DNA of 9,344 nucleotides from a virus (Duplodnaviria; Heunggongvirae; Uroviricota; Caudoviricetes): IMG/VR virus record IMGVR_UViG_2636415858_000001; one strand, 5' to 3'. Shown piece by piece: positions 6,838 to 9,344 of this stretch (position 1 is its first letter; each line of letters starts with the position of its first letter). The notes under the pieces were generated by a model. It saw only the letters and a program-made list of their open reading frames with translations, ran no database searches and was not told where the DNA came from. The position numbers and the translations under genes were made by a program.

Positions 6838-7512
6838 TTAGGCCTTTATTTTGTATCTTCTTGGTTTTCCCGAGAAAATCACAGTGCCAATTATAGAGCA
6901 ATTACCGTTAATCTTAATGTAGGGCTCAGGCCAGTTTGGGTGTAATGCTTTGAGATAACGCTGTGTTCCATCTTCTATCAATCGCTTGAAGGTGGTTTCG
7001 CCTGTATCGTGCATCAACGCAATAACGTCGTCACCGTGGCAAGCAGGGACTTCAGGATCAACAAAAATCATGTCTCCCGGACGGTACTCATCAATCATTG
7101 AATCACCAATCACCCGCAAGATATAAGTCATTTCGCCACAGGGTACAGGGCAGGGATAAGTTTCTGCTGTGCTCAAATCAACCTCAGAATAGCCAACTTC
7201 TTTCCATGCTCCGGCCTGTACCCATGATATGACAGGGACTAACGTTATTTGTTTGTTAGTGATTGAAACTTCAGGTTTTTTTGTGATGTTCGTTGTCTGG
7301 TGTTCTTGATCGAGCCATCCGATAGGCAGGTCGAAACATTTTTCAATGTGTCGTGCCATGCTGTCACCGATATTTTTAGTAGCACCATCTCCCATAAACC
7401 TGCTGGTCTGGGTTGGCTCGCGATCAATCATAGTGGCAAAGGAAGAATTCCCGCCAACACCATCTCTCAGTTTTCTGGCGTTAGACCGCCGGATGTCATG
7501 GATTGTTTTCAT
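6838..7512 (-). CDS. phage CI/C2-type repressor with LexA-like S24 autopeptidase domain, 224 aa
   Basis: The C-terminal half aligns by eye with P22 C2 / lambda CI (ISWVQAGAW, catalytic GDSM, VDPEV, TFKRL, LKALHPNWP, INGNCSIIG). The N-terminal ~70 aa would be the DNA-binding domain. It is divergent from the cro-like gene, with a 90-bp operator region between them. Confidence 0.85.
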   Translation of the reverse strand: MKTIHDIRRSNARKLRDGVGGNSSFATMIDREPTQTSRFMGDGATKNIGDSMARHIEKCFDLPIGWLDQEHQTTNITKKPEVSITNKQITLVPVISWVQAGAWKEVGYSEVDLSTAETYPCPVPCGEMTYILRVIGDSMIDEYRPGDMIFVDPEVPACHGDDVIALMHDTGETTFKRLIEDGTQRYLKALHPNWPEPYIKINGNCSIIGTVIFSGKPRRYKIKA

Positions 7513-7602
7513 AACGAAATTAAAACCCTTGTACCGCTAAGGTACAAGTATCTTGAAGGTTCATTTCAATCATGTGATGTGTACACTGGAGGTACATATT
7601 GT
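7513..7602. promoter_or_regulatory. immunity-region operator/promoter interval (oR-like) between the repressor and cro-like genes
   Basis: Perfect palindrome CTTGTACC-GCTAA-GGTACAAG at 7528-7548, and a second GTACA cluster (GTGTACAC at 7579-7586, GGTACAT at 7591-7597) just upstream of the cro-like start. A GGAGG ribosome-binding site for cro lies at 7588-7592. Confidence 0.6.
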
Positions 7603-7803
7603 ATGAAAGCGTATTGGGACTCTTTAACCAAAGAACAGCAGGGTGAGTTGGCCGGAAAAGTTGGCTCAACACAAGGCTACTTACGGCTGGTTTTCAATGG
7701 CTATAAAAAAGCCAGTTTTGTGCTGGCTAAAAAACTTGAGCAATGCACGTCAGGTGCAATTACGAAATCTGACTTAAGACCGGATATCTATCCGAAAGAT
7801 TAG
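7603..7803 (+). CDS. Cro-like small DNA-binding protein, 66 aa (YdaS-like)
   Basis: ATG at 7603 preceded by GGAGG; 66-aa basic protein (MKAYWDSLTKEQQGELAGKVGSTQGYLRLVFNGYKKASFVLAKKLEQCTS...) transcribed divergently from the repressor, in the canonical cro position. The ORF-track entry 7300..7803 is an upstream extension running antisense through cI and is not used. Confidence 0.65.
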   Translation: MKAYWDSLTKEQQGELAGKVGSTQGYLRLVFNGYKKASFVLAKKLEQCTSGAITKSDLRPDIYPKD

Positions 7804-7834
7804 CAGAACACTTTCAATTTTTAACCACAGAACG

Positions 7835-8404
7835 ATGAGGCTAATCGTGGGTAAGCATCACTGGAAAATAGAAAAACAGCCTGAGTGGTACGTGAAAGCT
7901 GTCAGAAAAACTATCGCAAAGTTGCCGGGTGGTTACGCTGAAGCGGCTGACTGGCTCGATGTAACAGAAAACGCTTTATTCAACCGCCTTCGTGCAGATG
8001 GCGATCAGATTTTCCCGCTGGGATGGGCAATGGTTTTACAGCGTGCTGGTGGCACTCACTTCATTGCTGATGCTGTGGCGCAGTCTGCAAATGGCGTCTT
8101 TGTGTCTCTTCCTGACATCGAGGATGTGGACAACGCCGATATTAACCAGCGTCTGCTGGAAGTCATTGAACAGATCGGCAGTTATTCAAAACAGATTCGT
8201 TCAGCAATCGAAGACGGTGTAGTGGAACCGCATGAGAAGACAGCAATTAACGACGAGCTGTATCTCTCAATTTCGAAGCTGCAGGAGCATGCAGCACTTG
8301 TCTACAAAATTTTTTGCATTTCAGAAAGTAATGACGCCCGCGAGTGTGCAGCTCCGGGCGTCGTGGCGTCGATTGCTTCTGGTTGTGGAGAAACTAACGC
8401 ATGA
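7835..8404 (+). CDS. CII-like early regulatory protein (YdaT / CP76-like by position), 189 aa
   Basis: 189-aa ORF immediately after cro. The start is either ATG 7835 (no good ribosome-binding site) or GTG 7847 (GAGG 6 nt upstream). The family call rests on position and a general resemblance I cannot verify without a search. Confidence 0.5.
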   Translation: MRLIVGKHHWKIEKQPEWYVKAVRKTIAKLPGGYAEAADWLDVTENALFNRLRADGDQIFPLGWAMVLQRAGGTHFIADAVAQSANGVFVSLPDIEDVDNADINQRLLEVIEQIGSYSKQIRSAIEDGVVEPHEKTAINDELYLSISKLQEHAALVYKIFCISESNDARECAAPGVVASIASGCGETNA

Positions 8405-8443
8405 ACAGTTTAACAACACACTACCGTCGCTCGCAACTGATTG
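8401..8443 (+). pseudogene. 5' stub (14 codons, MNSLTTHYRRSQLI) of the gene downstream of cII-like, truncated by IS911
   Basis: ATG at 8401 overlaps the cII-like stop (ATGA). The frame runs directly into the IS911 left inverted repeat at 8444. By position this would be a replication-initiation gene, but 14 codons are too few to identify. Confidence 0.4.
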
Positions 8444-8515
8444 TGAAGTGGCACACTGAATTTGGCCACCTGAACAGAGGTGATATGCTCACCTCAGAAC
8501 AACACAGGTGCTCCA

Positions 8516-8963
<448 letters not shown>

Positions 8964-9344
8964 TGAACCGCCCCGGGAATCCTGGAGACTAAACTCCCTG
9001 AGAAAGAGGTAAACAGGATGACTAAAAATACTCGTTTTTCCCCCGAAGTCCGTCAGAGGGCGATTCGTATGGTTCTGGAAAGTCAGGGCGAATATGACTC
9101 ACAGTGGGCGGCAATTTGTTCCATTGCCCCAAAGATTGGCTGTACACCGGAGACTCTGCGTGTCTGGGTACGCCAGCATGAGCGGGATACCGGAGGCGGT
9201 GATGGCGGGCTCACCACCGCTGAACGTCAGCGTCTGAAAGAGCTGGAACGTGAAAATCGTGAACTGCGCCGCAGTAACGATATCCTTCGCCAGGCTTCCG
9301 CTTATTTTGCGAAGGCGGAGTTCGACCGCCTCTGGAAAAAGTGA
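8964..9344 (+). mobile_element. IS629/IS1203/IS3411-like IS3-family element, left end, continuing beyond the window
   Basis: Starts TGAACCGCCCCGGGAATCCTGGAGACTAAACTCCCTGAGAAAGAGG, a typical IS3-family left inverted repeat, followed by a GAGG ribosome-binding site and orfA. Confidence 0.8.
9018..9344 (+). CDS. IS629-like transposase OrfA, 108 aa
   Basis: [108 protein letters not shown], with the stop TGA at the last three bases of the window. Confidence 0.85.
   Translation: MTKNTRFSPEVRQRAIRMVLESQGEYDSQWAAICSIAPKIGCTPETLRVWVRQHERDTGGGDGGLTTAERQRLKELERENRELRRSNDILRQASAYFAKAEFDRLWKK

Noticed and set aside
6612-6901. ORFs 6612..6830 (+, TTG start) and 6707..6901 (-)
   Set aside because: The first runs through the tandem repeats and the terminator hairpin and is Cys-rich. 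The second overlaps the repressor 3' end and terminator. Both are better explained as regulatory DNA.
7245-7540. ORFs 7245..7427 (-) and 7346..7540 (+) within the repressor gene; upstream extension of the cro-like ORF (7300..7803)
   Set aside because: They are alternative frames or antisense within the repressor, which has a clear S24 peptidase signature. The cro start at 7603 has a GGAGG ribosome-binding site, whereas the extension has none and would run antisense through cI.
7992-8459. ORFs 7992..8222 and 8232..8459 in alternative plus frames
   Set aside because: They are out-of-frame overlaps of the cII-like gene; the second runs into the IS911 inverted repeat. No support.

Overview
This window is the proA–thrW chromosomal junction of an E. 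coli/Shigella-type genome, followed by the left arm of a degraded P22/SfV-family lambdoid prophage integrated at tRNA-Thr (thrW). From left to right: complete proA (+), thrW tRNA-Thr(CGU), then on the minus strand a tyrosine integrase, an overlapping excisionase, and a ~101-codon early gene split by an IS600-like insertion with a 3-bp ATA target duplication, followed by two further early genes (one an HD-domain phosphohydrolase). Next comes a 390-bp non-coding region with a 19-bp inverted repeat, then a strongly AT-rich block carrying a membrane-anchored ~197-codon gene interrupted by one in-frame TAA, with its own candidate promoter and terminator. The immunity region follows: a CI/C2-type repressor (minus) with a terminator and tandem operator-like repeats downstream, a palindromic operator region, and divergent cro-like and cII-like genes (plus). 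The gene after cII-like is cut off after 14 codons by IS911, which is itself interrupted by an IS629-like element running to the window edge. The co-occurrence of IS600, IS629 and IS911 suggests a Shigella-like host; this is inference from recall, not a search. I did not find an intact multi-gene novel system. The most interesting candidates are the AT-rich membrane-protein cassette sitting where lambdoid phages carry exclusion genes, and the operator-like repeats with an overlapping consensus -35. All family assignments are from reading the translations and from memory, with no database search run.
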